Shown: piece by piece, positions 1-10,617 of the stretch
How positions within the stretch are numbered: the first letter of the stretch is position 1
Layout: every line of letters starts with the position of its first letter
Origin: an uncultured Spirochaetota bacterium
GTDB taxonomy: Bacteria > Spirochaetota > Spirochaetia > SZUA-6 > CAVTHK01
DNA: 64,000 bases
Direction of reading: 5' to 3'
Assembly (NCBI GenBank): GCA_963734495.1
Contig: CAVTHK010000010.1
Coordinates: 224,001-288,000, forward strand
The notes under the pieces: model-generated
What the model was told of the DNA's origin: nothing
What the model saw: only the letters and a program-made list of their open reading frames with translations
Databases searched by the model: none
Position numbers and translations under genes: made by a program

Positions 1-2558
1 AGACGTACGCGATGCTCTCCGAAGCGCGCAGGGAGCGCGATGAAGGCACCGACGTCGTCGCGGGCTACATCGAGCCCCATGCGCGCCCGGAGACCATGGA
101 GCTGATGGAGGGGCTGGAGGCGCTGCCGCCGAAGATCGTCGTCCACCGCGGGATCGCGCTGCAGGACTTTGACCTGGACGCGGCGCTCGCCCGCAGGCCT
201 GCGCTTGTCCTCGTCGATGAGCTGGCCCACACCAACGCGCCCGGCATGCGGCACGCGAAGCGCTGGCAGGACGTTCGGGAGCTGCTCGACGAAGGAATCG
301 ACGTCTACACCTCGCTCAACGTGCAGCACATCGAGAGCCTGAGCGACGTCGTGGCGAGCATCACGGGCATCGTCGTGAACGAAACCGTGCCCGACACGCT
401 CTTCGACGAGGCGGAGCGCATCGAGCTCATCGACCTGCCGCCGGAGGAGCTGGAGGAGAGGTTCCGCGAAGGCAAGGTCTATATCCCGGCGCAGGCCGAG
501 ACCGCCATGCGCAACTTCTTCCAGAGGCCCAAGCTGGTGGCCTTGCGGGAGATCGCGCTGAGGCGCATGGCCGAGCAGGTCAACCGGTCGGTACAGGACC
601 TGCGACTCCAGCGGCCTGGTGCGGCGATCTGGCCGACCGTCGAGACGCTCCTGGTCTGCGTGGGGCCAAGCCCCTCCTCGGCCACCGTGATCCGAAAGGC
701 ACGGAGGATGGCGGCGGCGTTTCACGCCCGCTGGGTGGCACTCCACGTCCGCCAGCCCGGCATCACGCTCGGGGCGGCCGTGCAGGAGAGCCTGCGGCGC
801 AACCTGGCGCTTGCCGAGAGCCTCGGCGCCGAAGTGGCCGCGATCCAGGCCGAAGGCAACGACGCGGCCGCCGCGATCGTGAGCTACGCGGGCCTTCGCA
901 ACGTCACAAAGATCGTCATCGGCAAGAATCTCTCCCCCTTTCGCCCGCTTCAGCACCTCCGGGGTGACCTGGTGGATCGACTCCTGCACGCCAGCGGCGA
1001 CATCGACGTGTACGTCATTCCCGGCGAGACGGAACAAGGGGCCGCGACCCGCGAGTCCCCGACGCGCCGTGGCTGGAGCGGGTTTTTCGGATCGTTCCTG
1101 GTCATGATCGGCACCGTGGCGCTGGCCGCGTGGCTGCGCGGACTCGGCTTTGCGCTGCCCAACGTGATCATGGCCCTGCTGCTCGGCGTCGTAGCCTGCT
1201 CGTTGTGGTTCGGCAGTCGTGCCGGTATCGCCGCTTCGGTTGTCGGCGTGCTCGGGTTCAACTTCTTCTTCACTGAGCCGTACTTCACATTCGCGATCAG
1301 CGACACGCAGTACGTCATCACATTCTTCGTCATGCTGTTGGTAGCCCTGTCCCTCAGCACCCTCACCTCAAGGGTCAAGCGCCAGGCGGTGATGGCGCGC
1401 CAGCAGGAATGGCGCACGGACGCTCTCTATCGGCTCTCCAAGGTGCTCTCCCGCACGCCCGGCCGCCTGCCGATCGTGACAGCCGCGCGGGAGACGCTGG
1501 CGGGAACTCTGCGGGCCGACTTTGCGATATTCCTCGAGGAGGGCGGGCGAGTTCTCAAGGTCGAGAAGGAGGCCCTCACCTCGATCGATAACCGGGAGGA
1601 GGCCGTGGTCACGTGGGTCCTGCGCAACGGCCAGCCGGCCGGCCAGGGAACCGGGACCCTCAGCGCAGCCGATGCGCTCTACCTCCCGCTCAAGGGGAGC
1701 CGCGACGTGCTGGGCGTGCTCAGCGTGCGTTTTCACAACCCGCGCGACCTGGCGTTCCGCGACCTTCGGAACCTCATCGAGACCTTCGCCGCCCAGATCG
1801 CGGTCGCCCTCGAGCGGGAGGAGCTGTCGAAGACCTCGCAGGAGGCCATGGTCAAGGTCGAAGGCGAGCGGCTGCGCACCTCGCTGCTGCGCTCCATCTC
1901 CCACGACCTGCGCACCCCGCTCGCAGGCATCGCAGGATCGGCCAGCGTGCTTCTGGACAGGCTGCATGACCGCAGCGGAGTCGAGGAGCGCGAGCTGCTC
2001 GAAGGGATCGCGGAAGAGGCCGCCTGGATGACACGTACCTTCGACAACCTGCTGAGCCTCACGCGGCTGGAATCCGAGCGCGTGGATCTGCGCACCGAGC
2101 CCGAGGCCGTGGATGACGTGGTGAGCTGGGCGCTGCAGACGGCGGCCAAGCGGACCGAGGGCCACGAGGTCCGCGTAAGCCTGCCGGAAGACGTGCTCAT
2201 CGTCCGCATGGAGAGCGGGCTCATCGCGCAGGTGCTGGTGAACCTGCTCGACAACGCCGCGAAGTACTCGCCGCCGGGGACCACCATCGACGTCTCGGTG
2301 CGGCGCGAGGACGGGCGCGCGGCGTTCGAAGTGGCTGACCAGGGACCCGGCGTGCCTCCGGCGGAGAGTGAGCGGATCTTCGACAAGTTCTACCGCCTCC
2401 GCGAGCACGCGAGCCGGACCAGGGGGACCGGCCTCGGGCTTTCGATCTGCAAGGCGATCGTTGACGCTCATGGCGGGTCGATCGCTGTCCACCCCCATGA
2501 AGGCGGAGGGAGCCGCTTCGTGTTCACACTCCCTCTGGAGGCTGACGGTGAGCGCTGA
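1..2558 (+). CDS. kdpD: Osmosensitive K+ sensor histidine kinase KdpD (5' end truncated by window edge)
   Basis: Frame enters as (K)TYAML; LVDELAHTN and KRWQDV KdpD motifs, Usp domain, four TM helices, GAF, H-box SHDLRTPL, NLLDNAAKY, GTGLGLSI. Confidence 0.96.
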   Translation, partial: TYAMLSEARRERDEGTDVVAGYIEPHARPETMELMEGLEALPPKIVVHRGIALQDFDLDAALARRPALVLVDELAHTNAPGMRHAKRWQDVRELLDEGIDVYTSLNVQHIESLSDVVASITGIVVNETVPDTLFDEAERIELIDLPPEELEERFREGKVYIPAQAETAMRNFFQRPKLVALREIALRRMAEQVNRSVQDLRLQRPGAAIWPTVETLLVCVGPSPSSATVIRKARRMAAAFHARWVALHVRQPGITLGAAVQESLRRNLALAESLGAEVAAIQAEGNDAAAAIVSYAGLRNVTKIVIGKNLSPFRPLQHLRGDLVDRLLHASGDIDVYVIPGETEQGAATRESPTRRGWSGFFGSFLVMIGTVALAAWLRGLGFALPNVIMALLLGVVACSLWFGSRAGIAASVVGVLGFNFFFTEPYFTFAISDTQYVITFFVMLLVALSLSTLTSRVKRQAVMARQQEWRTDALYRLSKVLSRTPGRLPIVTAARETLAGTLRADFAIFLEEGGRVLKVEKEALTSIDNREEAVVTWVLRNGQPAGQGTGTLSAADALYLPLKGSRDVLGVLSVRFHNPRDLAFRDLRNLIETFAAQIAVALEREELSKTSQEAMVKVEGERLRTSLLRSISHDLRTPLAGIAGSASVLLDRLHDRSGVEERELLEGIAEEAAWMTRTFDNLLSLTRLESERVDLRTEPEAVDDVVSWALQTAAKRTEGHEVRVSLPEDVLIVRMESGLIAQVLVNLLDNAAKYSPPGTTIDVSVRREDGRAAFEVADQGPGVPPAESERIFDKFYRLREHASRTRGTGLGLSICKAIVDAHGGSIAVHPHEGGGSRFVFTLPLEADGER

Positions 2559-3247
2559 GCCTCTCGTGCTCGTGGTCGAGGACGACCGGCAGATCCGGAG
2601 ATTCCTGCGGGCGTCCCTTGCGACCCAGGCCTACCGCCTGATCGAGACCGACAAGGGTGATGAAGGGCTGTCCCTCGCCGCCTCCCACGTGCCCGACGTC
2701 GTGGTGCTCGACCTGGGGCTTCCGGACATGGAGGGCGTCGAGGTCATCCGCAGGCTGCGCAAGTGGTCGGCGGTTCACGTCATCGTCATCTCCGCCCGCG
2801 GCCAGGAGCGCGACAAGATCGCCGCCCTGGACGCGGGAGCCGATGACTACCTCACCAAACCCTTCGGCGTGGGCGAGCTCCTCGCCCGCCTCCGAGTCGC
2901 CCTACGCCGGTCAGCGGAGCGGCCCGGACCCGCGGAGCAGGCCGGAATGCTGCGGGTGGGCGATCTCGAGGTGGACCTCGAAGCGCACCGGACCTTCCTC
3001 GCCGGCGAGGAGCTTCACCTGACGCCCATCGAGTTCAGGTTGCTCACAGTTCTGATGCGCAACGCGGGAAAGGTGCTCACGCACACCTACCTGCTGAATG
3101 AAGTGTGGGGGCCGGGCAGGGGCGATCAGAGCCACTACGTGCGCATCTACATGGCCGGGACTGCGCCGGAAGATCGAGCCCGATTCGGCCCGTTCGCGAT
3201 ACATCTTCACGGAGATCGGGGTGGGTTACCGGTTCGCGGACGAGTAA
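2548..3247 (+). CDS. kdpE: Response regulator KdpE (one frameshift near 3157-3160)
   Basis: GTG at 2548 overlaps kdpD; receiver motifs [22 protein letters not shown]; removing one G after YMAG restores [28 protein letters not shown] with stop at 3247. Confidence 0.92.
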
Positions 3248-3361
3248 GCGACGGGCTCGGATCCTGCTCGAAGGCCCGGCTTCAACACCTGGCTGCGGCA
3301 TGGGCCGCGGCGTGGCGCTGCCTCTGGCGCGCGAAGGGTCCTTGAGCCTATAATCCGCGGC

Positions 3362-3847
3362 ATGAAGCGGGTCTGGGTCATGCGCCACGCCAAGGCGGAG
3401 AGCGACGACGCGATCGCCGACATCGAGCGCCCGCTCGCAAAACGGGGCGCCCGGGAGGCGCCGGAGATCGGCCTCTGGCTCGCGGCGCACGGCGGCCCGC
3501 CGGACCTGGTCGCGTCGTCTCCCGCGCTGCGCGCGCGGCAGACCGCGGATCTCGTCGCGCGCGGGGCCGGCTACCGGCGGAAGATCGCGAGCTGGCCGCT
3601 TCTCTATCCGGGCGAGGCCGCCTCCACGCTGGCCGCGGTTCGCGAGCTCGACGACTCGCTCGCGAGCGTGCTGCTGGTCACGCACAACCCGCACGCCGAA
3701 GATCTCGTGGCGCTCCTCGCCGGCGGGCTGCGGGTCCGCATGGCGACCTCGGCGCTCGCGCTGCTGGAGACGGAGGCGGACTCGTGGGGCGCCGTCGAGG
3801 CGTTCTCGATGAGCCTGAGCGCGCTTGTCTCTCCCGCGACGCTCTGA
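3362..3847 (+). CDS. sixA: SixA-family histidine phosphatase
   Basis: MRHAKA (RHG-like), ERPLAKRG, SSPALRARQT, LVTHNP motifs. Confidence 0.88.
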   Translation: MKRVWVMRHAKAESDDAIADIERPLAKRGAREAPEIGLWLAAHGGPPDLVASSPALRARQTADLVARGAGYRRKIASWPLLYPGEAASTLAAVRELDDSLASVLLVTHNPHAEDLVALLAGGLRVRMATSALALLETEADSWGAVEAFSMSLSALVSPATL

Positions 3848-3875
3848 GGCCCGCCCCGGCGGCGGTCCGGCCCGC

Positions 3876-5114
3876 CTAACAGGGAGCAGAGCGACCGATC
3901 TGCCGCAGGTACGCCCGGTAGTACGGTTCGACCCGCGCGCGCTTCTCGCCGGCGGCGGCCTCGAAGTATGTCCCTCCGAGGTAGAAACAGGCGAACCCGC
4001 CGGAGGCGACGGCCCACGCGCACGCCTCGGCAAAGTCAAGAGCTCCGCGCTTCGCTCCGCCGGCAAGCTGCCGGGCGATCGACGCGAGCAGCCCGCCCAC
4101 GAAATTGTCCCCGCACCCGGTGGTGTCGCCCCGCCGGGCGGGATCGCCGGCGAGCTCCCGATCGATCTCCTCGCAGGCCGGAAGCATCTCGAGCGCCTGC
4201 GGTGCGAACAGTCCGCCGCCCGACCAGAGGCACACCGGGTCCGCCCCCTGAGTCACGGCGACGGCGCCCGCGCCCATCTCCCCGAAGAAGCGCACCGCGT
4301 CCGGAACGCTCGACGTCCCGCTCGTCCGCAGCGCCTCCTCGCGGTCCGCCACCAGCAGGTCGATGGCCCGGAACGTGCCGTCATCCTCACCGAGAGGCCA
4401 CCGCTTGCCGGGATTTGCCTTCTCGTTGAGAAAGTCGAACACGGTGCCGACGACCGTGATGCCTCCGTTGCCACGGACCCGTCGCAGGAGCGACCCGAGC
4501 CCTCTGTGAAGCGGAGGCACGATGGCGGTCCCGCCAAAGAGAGCCACGTCCGCCGAGAACAGGCGCGGGTCCACTTCCGAAGGCTCGAAGCGGGCGGCCG
4601 CCCCGATGGCGTTGACGAACATGCGCTCGCCGCGGCCGCCCGCCTCGGCGGGGTCGGAAAAGACAAAGGTGAAGGGCGTCGCGCCGGGGAACACGCGGCA
4701 GGCGGACGCGTCGACCGGGGTCCGACGCAGGTACTCGAGCATCAGCCGTCCCGTCTCGTCGTCGCCTCGCGCGCCCTGAAAGCGCGCGCGGATGCCGCCG
4801 CCCTGCAGTAGCTGCGCGGCGTTGATCAGCGCCACCACCGCGGGCCCCCCCAGGTTGACGCGACTCGGCGCCGCGCGCCCCGCGAGGTCCTCGAGCACGG
4901 CGGCGAAGGGCCGGCCCGCGAAGCGCTCGAGCTCCTCCGCGAACACCAGCCTGCCGGCCCGCAGGCCCCCATCGCCGTCGGCGCGCGACGCGTAGCGCCG
5001 GAACTGCGGCGCCGCGAAGTCGACCGGTGCGTAGAGGTAGTCGATGAGGCAGCAGCCCGCGGCCCAGATCTCGAGGTCCAAGGGTCCCCTCCGCTCAGGG
5101 CTCGACCGTATCAC
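3876..5114 (-). CDS. PfkB/ribokinase-family carbohydrate kinase
   Basis: NLGGPA N-terminal motif and C-terminal GDTTGCGDNFVGG PfkB signature. Confidence 0.85.
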   Translation of the reverse strand: MIRSSPERRGPLDLEIWAAGCCLIDYLYAPVDFAAPQFRRYASRADGDGGLRAGRLVFAEELERFAGRPFAAVLEDLAGRAAPSRVNLGGPAVVALINAAQLLQGGGIRARFQGARGDDETGRLMLEYLRRTPVDASACRVFPGATPFTFVFSDPAEAGGRGERMFVNAIGAAARFEPSEVDPRLFSADVALFGGTAIVPPLHRGLGSLLRRVRGNGGITVVGTVFDFLNEKANPGKRWPLGEDDGTFRAIDLLVADREEALRTSGTSSVPDAVRFFGEMGAGAVAVTQGADPVCLWSGGGLFAPQALEMLPACEEIDRELAGDPARRGDTTGCGDNFVGGLLASIARQLAGGAKRGALDFAEACAWAVASGGFACFYLGGTYFEAAAGEKRARVEPYYRAYLRQIGRSAPC

Positions 5115-5213
5115 CGCCGCGGACGGGCGGCAACCTTGCGATCAGGCAGGCCAAGGCCTTGCTGGAACTTCCATCGGGCGAGGTCTATGATGGGGCACCG
5201 GAGGACGCACAAG

Positions 5214-6530
5214 GTGACCGAAGGACGCTTTCGGCTGCGTTGGCGGCTCGTGGCCAAGCTCGGGCTCTTGTCGGCCGTTCTCGCCGCGGCAGCGCTCGCG
5301 GCCGTGGTGATCGCCGTCATCGCCCAGGCCGGGGCGAACGCAATGTCCGCACGGCTCGACGTCGAGAGGCCGCTGACGCGCATCGTCGGCCGGCTCGAGG
5401 CGCGGCAGGAGCAGATCGCGTCGCTCCTCAGCCCGCGGGTGCGAGCCGACCCGGCGGCCGTGCAGGAGGCGACCCGCGCGGCGGGCCGCGACGTGCTCGA
5501 CGCCCTGCAGATCGTCGCCCGGCCCGCGGGGCCGGCCGGAGGCGCGCTGGCCGAGGTGGACGCCGGGCTCGCGATGCTCGTGCGCGACTACCAGGACCTC
5601 GAGCGCGAGGCCGCCGGGACCGGCGCGCTGCAGAAAGCGGCCGCCGTACGCGAGCGGCTCGCGAGCGTCCGCCGGGCGGTCGAGGCGCTTGCCGCGCCGG
5701 CCCCGGGCCCCTCGCCGCGGCTGCTCGCTTCGGCGGCCGCGGCGCTCGGCGCGGCCGCGGCGCTGTGCGCGGCCGCGATGATCGCCCTCGCTGCCGGGAT
5801 CGGCCGGCGGGCGCGGAGGCTCGGGAGGTCGATCGACGAGATGACGTTCCGCGTGCGCAGCGGCGAGCCGCCATTCCCTCCGGACGCGCCGGAGGCGAGC
5901 GACGAGATCGGCTACCTCGCCTTGAGCCTCGGCAGGCTGGCAGGCTCCCTCCAGGGAAGCCTCACCCGCTCTCAGCGGCTCGCCTCCGATCTCGCAACGG
6001 CCGCCAGCCACGACTCGCTCACGGGGGCGCTGAGCCGCATCGAGCTCAACGGCGCGCTCGAAGCCGAGCTCGCGCGCTACCAGAGGTACAAGGGTCCGCT
6101 TTCGGTCATCCTCTTCAACGTCGATCATCTCGGCCGGATCAACGAGCAGGAGGGCTCCGACGTCGGCGACTATGTCTTGTCGACGATCGCGAACCTGGTG
6201 CGCTTCAACGTCCGCAAGACCGACACCTTTGCGCGGTGGGGAGGCGACGAGTTCGCGCTGCTGCTGACGGAGACCTCGATGGACGGCGCCCGGCACCTGG
6301 CCGAGAAGCTCCGGAGGAACATCGAAGTCCACCCGTTCGACAAGGCCGGCACCGTGACCGTGAGCGTGGGCGTGACCGAGCTCGCGGCCGGCGACACGCG
6401 CGACAGCTTCGTCGGGCGGGCCGAGGACGCGATGCACAGGGCACGCACCCGGGGGCGCAATCGCGTCGTCGCCGCATCAGCGCCCGCGTCGCAGGAAGAG
6501 GCAGCCGCGGTCGGCGCGAAGCAGGTGTGA
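5214..6530 (+). CDS. Membrane-bound HAMP-GGDEF domain protein
   Basis: GGAGG then GTG at 5214; two TM segments, HAMP-like DEIGYLA, HDSLTGA, RWGGDEF, TVSVGV, GRNRV. Confidence 0.88.
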   Translation: MTEGRFRLRWRLVAKLGLLSAVLAAAALAAVVIAVIAQAGANAMSARLDVERPLTRIVGRLEARQEQIASLLSPRVRADPAAVQEATRAAGRDVLDALQIVARPAGPAGGALAEVDAGLAMLVRDYQDLEREAAGTGALQKAAAVRERLASVRRAVEALAAPAPGPSPRLLASAAAALGAAAALCAAAMIALAAGIGRRARRLGRSIDEMTFRVRSGEPPFPPDAPEASDEIGYLALSLGRLAGSLQGSLTRSQRLASDLATAASHDSLTGALSRIELNGALEAELARYQRYKGPLSVILFNVDHLGRINEQEGSDVGDYVLSTIANLVRFNVRKTDTFARWGGDEFALLLTETSMDGARHLAEKLRRNIEVHPFDKAGTVTVSVGVTELAAGDTRDSFVGRAEDAMHRARTRGRNRVVAASAPASQEEAAAVGAKQV

Positions 6531-6568
6531 AGCGCCGACAGACCCCGGCTTTCCCGGCTTGGGCATGA

Positions 6569-6597
6569 TTGGGCAGGGCGCTCGAAAGCGATATAAT
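6569..6597 (+). promoter_or_regulatory. Sigma70-type promoter for barrel/lipoprotein pair
   Basis: TTGGGC-N17-TATAAT (TATAAT at 6592-6597) in an AT-rich patch. Confidence 0.55.
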
Positions 6598-6615
6598 TGT
6601 AGATTGCTGAAACAA

Positions 6616-7701
6616 ATGGTCGCGTCGTCGGCCAGGAATCGCTCGAAGAAAGTCGCAGCATTGATCGCAGCCTTGCTCCTCGGGGCGACGGCCTCTGTCG
6701 TCGCCGCCGATGACCCGGCGGCGCGGGTCGTCCAGGTCGTGGGGCCGCAGCGCGGCGATCAGGACACGCAGCTTCAGGAAATACTGACCAGCTTTCTCAG
6801 CATCGAGGTCGAGCGCGCGGGATTGTCGCCTGTCCGGCCCGAAGACGGGCAGGCCGCAGTCACCGGAGCGCCCGCGGCCTTGTCCGCGCTGGCGGCGAGG
6901 CAGCAGGCGCGCTACGTGCTCGTCGCCTCGTATCTCAGACGCGGGCAACAGGTGTTCCTCGACCTCCGATGGTTCGACAGCTCCTCCGCCACGGTGGTCG
7001 CGAACGAGCAGCGCGTCGCCGCGATCGACCTGGACCTGGACACCGCGCTGGGCTCGGCCGCGAAGGCGCTCCTCGACGCCAGCGGCGCGCGCAGGAGCCG
7101 CGTGCTTCCGTCGCCCGACACAGTCGGGGCGGCCTCCGCCCAGGCGGCGCCGCCCGCAAGCGCGCAGATCCCTGCCGCGATCGCGCAGGCGCCGGCGGGG
7201 AGGCAGGAATCCTTCACCCGTTTCATATCCTCTCTGAGCTTGAGCGGAGTGCTCGTCACCGGATTCGCGAGCGACTACTTCAAGTACGGCCTCATGCCGT
7301 CCTTCTTCGTCGGCTACCGGGTGGCGCTGGGCGCCGGGGTCCTGGCCGCGGGCGCGGGCGCGGGGTACGGGCTCTTCCTCACGCAGGGCGATCTTGCCGA
7401 CATCGAAATCGAGGCGATCCCCGTGTCGGCGGGCGTGCGCTACGAGCTCGGGGGCGGAGGCTCGCTCATCGTCTACCTGCGCGCCGAGGCCGGACCGGCG
7501 ATGCTCAGGGTGCGGCCCTCGGGCGGATCCGCAGTGAGCAAGATCGTCCCGTTCGGGGTCGCAGGGATCGGCATCGGCGTCCCCCTGACCGGATCGATTG
7601 GATTCACGTTCGAGACGAGCTATTCTGTCTACGTAGAGAGCCAGAACCCGATCCAGGGCTTCACGCCCGCGGTCGGGTCCTACGTGCGGTGGGGCAGATG
7701 A
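6616..7701 (+). CDS. Exported protein: N-terminal alpha/beta (CsgG/TolB-N-like) domain plus C-terminal outer-membrane beta-barrel
   Basis: Signal peptide; ARYVLVASY..VFLDLRWFD alpha/beta pattern; Ala/Pro linker; about 8 amphipathic beta-strands ending VGSYVRW. Start uncertain (TTG 6604 also in frame). Confidence 0.65.
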   Translation: MVASSARNRSKKVAALIAALLLGATASVVAADDPAARVVQVVGPQRGDQDTQLQEILTSFLSIEVERAGLSPVRPEDGQAAVTGAPAALSALAARQQARYVLVASYLRRGQQVFLDLRWFDSSSATVVANEQRVAAIDLDLDTALGSAAKALLDASGARRSRVLPSPDTVGAASAQAAPPASAQIPAAIAQAPAGRQESFTRFISSLSLSGVLVTGFASDYFKYGLMPSFFVGYRVALGAGVLAAGAGAGYGLFLTQGDLADIEIEAIPVSAGVRYELGGGGSLIVYLRAEAGPAMLRVRPSGGSAVSKIVPFGVAGIGIGVPLTGSIGFTFETSYSVYVESQNPIQGFTPAVGSYVRWGR

Positions 7702-8828
7702 GCAGGCGTTGGACGAGACCGGCGGTGGTGGTCGCGCTCGCGCTCGTGGCGGCGGGCTGCGACAACTTCTCGTTCTTCGGCGAGCTGGACAGGCTCGCGG
7801 ACAAGGGCCCGCCGAACATCTACCCCAATACGGCCGTAGTATACAAGAAGGGGTTCCTGGCCTTCGCTGCGGACGGCGGCAGGCCGCCCTACATCTTTCA
7901 GGCTGCGAGCGGGGGCGGCACCATCACGATGACGAGCCCGGCCACCGCTCAGTACACGGCGCCTTCGACCGAGGCGCTCGCGACCGTGCGCGTGACCGAC
8001 TCGACGGGAACCTTCAGCGAAGCTCAGGTCAACGTCATCACACCACCGGACCCGCTCCGGATCAACCCCACGTTGATCACGCTGCAGGTAAACAGCGGCT
8101 ACGAGTTCTCCGGCATGGGCGGCGTCCTCCCCTACACGTATTCCATCACTTCGGGCGGAGGCGTCATAGACCCTCTGACGGGAGATTTTACGGCGCCTGG
8201 TTCGGCTGCGACTGTGTACGTCCACGTGGAAGACGCCTACGGATCAATCCCGCCGCCGGACGCAAGAGTGGACGTCGTCGACACGGGGGCGCTGGTGCTC
8301 AACCCTCTCTCGGCGACCGTCGAGCAGGGGCGGAGCCAGCAGTTCATAGCCAACGGCGGCATCCAGGGGTACGCCTATTCTCTCTTGTCCCCCAACGGCG
8401 GCGCGGCGTCCGTCGACTCGAGCGGGCTCTTTGCGGCGCTCGCGACAGCCGCGCCCGGGACAACCTACACGGTGGAGGTGACTGACAGCACGGTCCCGAC
8501 GGCCAAGTCAGCACAGTCGACCGTGGCTATCGCGCCCGCCGCGCCGACGAACCTTGTCGCAAACGGCCGCTACGGCACGAAGTACGAGATCCTCCTCACG
8601 TGGCGAGACAACTCCGTCGGCGAGACGGGCTTCGTGATCGAGATCAGGCCGCCCAACGGGCATTTCGATCCGCTTCCGTCGGGGCCATTGCCCCCCAATA
8701 CGACGCACTGTGTAGTAGACGGCCTCACCCAGAACGTGATCTATACGTTCAGGATCCGGGCGTACGTCGATCCGACCCCGATCTACTCCGCCTACTCCGA
8801 GCTGGCTTACGCCGTTCCGAACCGGTAG
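7698..8828 (+). CDS. Lipoprotein with tandem Ig-like repeats and C-terminal fibronectin type III domain
   Basis: ATGA overlap with upstream gene; lipobox LVAAG-C; three repeats of xNP..F...GG..PY.Y/F; FN3 pattern PAAPTNL..LTWRDNS..GL...YTFRIRA. Confidence 0.8.
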   Translation: MSRRWTRPAVVVALALVAAGCDNFSFFGELDRLADKGPPNIYPNTAVVYKKGFLAFAADGGRPPYIFQAASGGGTITMTSPATAQYTAPSTEALATVRVTDSTGTFSEAQVNVITPPDPLRINPTLITLQVNSGYEFSGMGGVLPYTYSITSGGGVIDPLTGDFTAPGSAATVYVHVEDAYGSIPPPDARVDVVDTGALVLNPLSATVEQGRSQQFIANGGIQGYAYSLLSPNGGAASVDSSGLFAALATAAPGTTYTVEVTDSTVPTAKSAQSTVAIAPAAPTNLVANGRYGTKYEILLTWRDNSVGETGFVIEIRPPNGHFDPLPSGPLPPNTTHCVVDGLTQNVIYTFRIRAYVDPTPIYSAYSELAYAVPNR

Positions 8829-8852
8829 AGCTACCCGCCCTTTCCCGCGGCG

Positions 8853-10471
8853 TCAGATCGATCGCAGCAGGGTCTGCAGCTTGTCCGCGAGGGTCTTGAA
8901 CAGGTCGTCCACCGACATGCCGGTCGTATCGACCGGCTTCTCGCCGATCAGGCGCTGCACGAGCAGCACAACGCTGGCGAGCGCGGTCTGCTCCCCGGCC
9001 TGCAGCTTCTCGGCGCCGAAGCGGTCGAAGAACTGCTCCATCGCGTCGTACAGCTCCGGGTACTGCGCCCGCACGGGAGCGGAATCGACGACCTGCTTGA
9101 GCAGGGCCTTGGTCTTGAGCAGATCGTAGACCCTGCCCGTCGGATCCGGCTGACCTGACGCGAGGCCGCTGTTCTGCTCCCGCAGCGTGCGGCTCAGCGA
9201 GGTCACGCGGTCCGCGCGCGCGGCCTGCTCCTGCCGCCGCGCCTCGCGCTCACGCGCGAGGTCTTCGTTCACCCTGGCGAGCGCCTGCTGCCGGCGGTCG
9301 ACCTCGTTCTGCAGATCCTGCAGCTTCTGGTTGAGCGCAAGCCTCTCCTGCTCCCAACGCCCGCGCTCCATGCCGAGAACGCGCTCGTAGCTGCCGCGGA
9401 CTTCTGGGATCTCCGAGAGCGCGGCGCGGTAGAGCGTCTCCGCCGCGGCTGTCTGCCCCGCGGCGAAGCGCGCCTCCGCCTGCCGCGCGAGGGCCGTCAC
9501 CCGCGCGAGCAGCTCGTCGGAGCGGTTCGGCGGGGGGGAGCCGGCTCCTCCTGCAGGCGCGCCAGCAGCCCGCGCAGCGTCGCGATGGTCGACACCTCCA
9601 AAGGGCGTATGCGCTGGATCACCGGGAGCCCGGCCGTCGGACCCTCGTTCAGCACCGCCTCGATCTCGTCGAGGTCGCGCGACGCCGCATCCCACGCCCG
9701 CGAGGCCGCGTCCTGCTGGAAGGCGCGGTACCCGACGGCCAGGCGCTCGAGCGCGAGCCCCTCGTTTTCGGTAAAGCGGGCCGCTTCGGGGAGCGGTTGC
9801 GGGGCCGGCGCAGCGGCCGGCGGCGTCGGCGGTGCCGCGGGCGCGGCGGCGGTCTCCAGGGCGCGCCTTTCCTCGCGCGCGCGGTCGAGCGCGGCCGTGG
9901 CCTCGGCAATCCGTCGCTCGAGCTCGGCGGCGCGCGCGTCGGCCTGCGCGCTCCCTGCGGGCCCGGACGCCGCGGCAGCCTGGATCCGGTCGCGCTCGGC
10001 GGCCAGATCCCTGAGGCGGCGCAGCGCGGACTCGACCTCGCGGTCCTTTGCGGCGATCTGGAGGGCGGATTCCTCCCGGATGGCGGCGACCACCTCGCCC
10101 TCGGCGCCGACGACCCCGCGCGCCGAAGCGACGATGCTCTGCTCTTCGCCGGCGAAGATCCGCACGAGGGCGAACAGCCCGACCACGATCACGGCAACCG
10201 CGGCGGCGTTGGTCAGGAGGGGAAGGAGGCTGCCGTTGCGCAGCGACGAGAAAGCGAAGGCGTCGCCCTGCACCGGGGCCCTGGCCGTAAGCCGCTCGAT
10301 CTCGCCCTCGATCTCGCGCCGCTCGATCTCGTCGATGACTTCGGCGGCCGCCGCCTCGCCGCCCGTCGCCTCGACCGTCGCAGGAACGCCCGACTGCTCC
10401 TGGATCTCGAGCGCCCTCCTGTAGAGGCCGCGAACGGGGGATTCGCGCACTCGATCGTCGACGCTCGCCAT
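8853..10471 (-). CDS. Hypothetical single-TM coiled-coil protein (frameshift at G7 run 9532-9538)
   Basis: ORF 9497-10471 (TM LLPLLTNAAAVAVIVVGLFALV, then heptad-rich) joins ORF ending 8853 (TPR-like AETLYRAAL, coiled coil) if the run has one more base. Confidence 0.7.
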
Positions 10472-10579
10472 GACAGGATAGTAAGCCCGCCCCGCCCCGC
10501 TTCACAAGCGGTTTCGAGCGGCGCCCGCGCCGCGCGGGGGCGGGGATCCGTCGGCGCTCGCGTCCCGCGCGCAGGACGT

Positions 10580-10608
10580 TTGACGGCGCCCATACGCCGA
10601 TGTACGAT
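10580..10608 (+). promoter_or_regulatory. Sigma70 promoter of adenylate cyclase gene
   Basis: TTGACG-N17-TACGAT, 9 nt before GTG 10618. Confidence 0.65.
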
Positions 10609-10617
10609 CGCACCACC

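Noticed and set aside
3160-3345. Novel C-terminal extension on KdpE
   Set aside because: Artefact of one extra G; the shifted frame gives the canonical LRRKIE...GVGYRF end at 3247.
5164-5191. ECF-sigma promoter (GGAACTT...GTCTA) before the GGDEF gene
   Set aside because: Spacing is too short for the sigmaE consensus; TATGAT as a sigma70 -10 explains the site.
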